DNA of 64,000 nt, taken from Isurus oxyrinchus (Eukaryota). Shown here piece by piece: positions 61,010-64,000 of the stretch (the first letter of the stretch is position 1; every line of letters begins with the position of its first letter). The DNA lies in NCBI GenBank assembly GCA_026770705.1, contig JANJGN010000189.1:744001-808000 (forward strand), read 5' to 3'. Below the pieces are notes generated by a model that saw only the letters and a program-made list of their open reading frames with translations, was not told the DNA's origin and ran no database searches. The position numbers and the translations under genes were made by a program.

Positions 61010-61820
61010 TTTCTCTAGCACCTTTCCCCTCCTCAGGATGGCCCAAAATGTTCAACAGCTGATGGAAGGACTTTTTCTGAAGTGAGCTCACCGCTGTAAT
61101 GTAGGAAACGCAGCAGGCAATTCACGCACAGCAAGATCCCACAAACAGAAATGTGATAATGGCCCCATTTTCAGTTTTTTTACCAATGTCAGTTGAGGGA
61201 TAAATGTTTGCCCCAGGAAAGTGGACATAACTCCACCCCATCCAGCCCCCACCACCCCCTCCACACATACCCCCAACTCCTGACGCACTTCATCTAAATT
61301 GTGGCCATGGAATCCTCTATATCCACCTGAGAGGGCAGATTGGTTGCCCCAGTTTAATGTCTCATCTGAAAGACAGCGCCTTCAACAGTGCAGCACCCCC
61401 TCAGTACTGACCCTCCGACTGTGCAGCACTCCCTCAGTACTGACTCTGACAATGCAGCACATCCTCAGTACTGACCCTCCAACAGTGCAGCACTCCCTCA
61501 AGACTGACCCTCTGACAATGCAACACTCCCTCAGTACTGACCCTCCGACTGTGCATCCCCCCGCCGGTACTGACCCTTCGACAGTGCAACACTCCCTCAA
61601 GACTGACCCTCTGACAATGCAGCACTCCCTCAGTACTAACCCTCTGACAATGCAGCACTCCCTCAGTACTGACCCTCTGACAATGCAGCACTCCCTCAGT
61701 ACTGACCCTCCGACAGCTCGGTAATTTCTCAATTACGCCTGGTGGTCCTTTTAACTCAGAGCTGAGAGTCGCAGAGAATCGAGCAGACACCCTGAACTGA
61801 CACTTGCAGTGCAAGTACTG
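61010..61820 (-). mobile_element. Deu-type SINE with internal 33-bp expansion (61383-61716)
   Basis: Minus strand reads cagtactgagggggtgctgcactgttgaaggcgctgtctttcagatgagacattaaac...tctgccctctcaggtgga. Confidence 0.75.
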
Positions 61821-63264
61821 GGAGCGCGCTGGTCATTATCATGCTGCTGTCTGTGAGATCTTACTGTGCGCCAATGGCTGATTCTTTTCCCACATTACAT
61901 CAGTGACCTCACATGAAAGAAAAAAGCACTTGATTGTCTGCGAAACACTTTGGGACGTCCTGATGTGTTGGAAGGCGCTAGAGAAATGCAAGTCCTCTTT
62001 GTCTTTCACTCGATCCTCTAAGGTGTCTGTTGATTAACCAGCCTCTCGGTGTATGATGTAGGCCTGGTTATAAACAGGTAGAAGGATCAAATATCAAAAG
62101 TGCTTTGGCTGACAGTCAAACCGATTGTGCATTCGGAGAGATTAGATACGGTCTGCGCACAATGACTCCAGTCTCTGGCACTGACGGCCGCCTGGGGTCT
62201 CCCTTCCACATAACACTCACAACTTGCATTTACACAGCGCCTCTGACATTGCAAAATGTCCCAGCCCACATTACCGGAGCATAAATCAGAGAGAAGTCTA
62301 ACACTGAGTCACATATGGAGATATTAGGGATAGGTGACCAAAAGCTTGGTCAAAGATGTCAGTTTTTAAGGAACGTCTTAAAGGAGAGAGAGAGAGAAAG
62401 AGAGAGAGGCAGAGAGGTTAAGGGAGGGTATTCCGGAGCTCAGGGCCCCAGGCAGCTGAAGGCACGGCCACCAATGGTGGAGCGATGGGAATCAGGGGGA
62501 CCCGGGAGATGCAGTAATGTCAGAGATTTTGGAGGAACATCGGGACCGGAGGAGGTGTTCTCCTGCTCCATATCTCTCTCTCTCTTCCTCTCATCCACTC
62601 CTCCTCTCCCTATCTCTCTCTCTCCTACTCTTCCTCTCAATTGCCCTCTCTCCCAATCTTTCTCTCCTCTCTCCCTTTTCCTGTCTCTCTCCCTCTCTCT
62701 CTCCCTGTCTCATTCTCCCACTCTGTATCTCTCCCTCTCTCTCACACTATTTTTGTAACTTTCGCTCACTCTGTAACTCTCGCTTTCCTGTTAATTTCTC
62801 TCTCTTGGACAATCTCTCTTCCCTTTTCACTTTCCCTCACTCTGCATCTCTTTAATTTCTCCCTCTGTCACTCTCTCCTACCTATGTTCTTTCCCTTTCA
62901 CCCCTCCCCGTCCCACTCTCTGTCTCTCTCTTCCAATCCCTCCCTCCCCCATTCCATCCCTCTCTCCGACTCTCGACTCCCAGCCTCTCTTTAACCCACT
63001 CCCAGGCTGGATCAGTCTCCCTCTCACTATTCCCGGCGTGGGTTACATTTAAAATTCCTGTGGGGATATGTTCACTTCCTTGGAATTGCCTCTTCCCAGC
63101 TTTGCAAAAAAAGGGGGGGGGGGCGGGGGGGGTCTCGATTTCAAACATGCCTCCTGAGTATAACCGAGACAGACTGCCACTGAAATCAGCTTGAAATCAG
63201 AAAACTTTCTGTGGAAGAAACGAGCAGGGAGAAACCTTAAAATAAGGAATGAATTTCCACCTAC

Positions 63265-63321
63265 CGTGTCCGGGGAATCCACAGATTTCTCAATCGTCGA
63301 AGAACCTAAAGCAGTGTCAAC
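63265..63321 (-). CDS. HAMP: Hepcidin exon 2 (pro-region) VDTALGSSTIEKSVDSPDT
   Basis: ttctttctttttgcag| acceptor, acg|gtaggt donor, 57 nt, phase 0/0, in frame with exon 3; exon 1 presumably beyond the window end. Confidence 0.75.
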
Positions 63322-63419
63322 CTGCAAAAAGAAAGAATTTATCAGGGAGAAAGTGAGAGGAGGATTGAGGGAGAGGGAGAGAGAGAGAGAGAGGTACAGG
63401 AGAGAGAGAGGGAGGAGGA

Positions 63420-63976
63420 CAGACTTGCATTTCTCTAACGCCTTTCACCACATCCCAAAGCATTTCACAGCCACTGAAGGATGTTTTTGAAGTGCACTCA
63501 CACTGTAGGAAATGTGGCAGCTGATTTGTGCACAGCAAGATCCCACAAATAGCAATGTGATCATGGCCTAGATCATCTGTTTTTGGTGATGTTGGGTGAG
63601 GGATAAATATTGGTGCCAGGACACCGGGGAGAACACCCCCTGCTCTTCCTCCAAATAGTGGCTGTGGGATCTTTCACACCCGCCCGAGAGGGCAGACGGG
63701 GGACTCAGTTTAATGTCTCATTCAACATTGTTGCGCTCCCTCAGTACTAACCCTTTGACACTGCAGCACTCCCTTAGTATTAACCCTTCGATAGTGCTGC
63801 GCTCCCTCAGTACTGTCCCTCCGTCAGTGCAGCTCTATTTCAGTACTAACCCTTCGACACAGCGGCACTCCCTCAGTACTGACCTCCGACAGTATAGCAC
63901 TCCCTCAGTACTGTCCCTCCAATAGTGCAACACTTCCACACTACTGACCCTCTGAGAGTGCAGCACTCCCTCAGCA
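63420..63976 (-). mobile_element. Deu-type SINE with 33-bp expansion (63722-63976)
   Basis: Same layout as 61010-61820. Confidence 0.75.
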
Positions 63977-64000
63977 CGGAGCGTTGATCTACATTATGGG

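Noticed and set aside
62087-62269. Minus-strand ORF in the HAMP intron as an extra exon
   Set aside because: No convincing acceptor or homology; exons 2 and 3 already join in frame

Overview
Vertebrate genomic DNA, most likely a cartilaginous fish (inferred from the CR1 LINE, Deu-type SINE and Penelope repeat content), with three N gaps. The plus strand carries a tandem cluster of spliced Siglec-like (sialic-acid-binding Ig-like lectin) genes. (i) The 3' end of an upstream gene with two duplicated cytoplasmic-tail cassettes (330-3463). (ii) Gene A (~6.8-19.2 kb): non-coding exon, leader, V-set with the essential Arg, Siglec domain 2, six near-identical phase-1 C2 exons and an ITIM+ITSM tail exon; no TM exon is visible. 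(iii) Gene B (~27.1-44.8 kb): MAG-like V-set lacking the essential Arg, two divergent C2 exons, two C2 exons nearly identical to gene A's, a neutral TM exon and Tyr-motif tail exons. (iv) Gene C (~48.6-52.8 kb): a disrupted paralog of A ending in an Arg-containing, activating-type TM exon with a short tail. The minus strand carries exons 2 and 3 of a hepcidin (HAMP) gene (63265-63321, 60801-60917); exon 3 is absent from the ORF track. It encodes an atypical 29-aa, 8-Cys mature peptide. This mirrors the mammalian HAMP-MAG-CD22 neighbourhood. The remainder is retroelements, solo LTRs and minisatellites. All exon models were derived by eye from GT-AG signals, phase and protein motifs, without transcript data.
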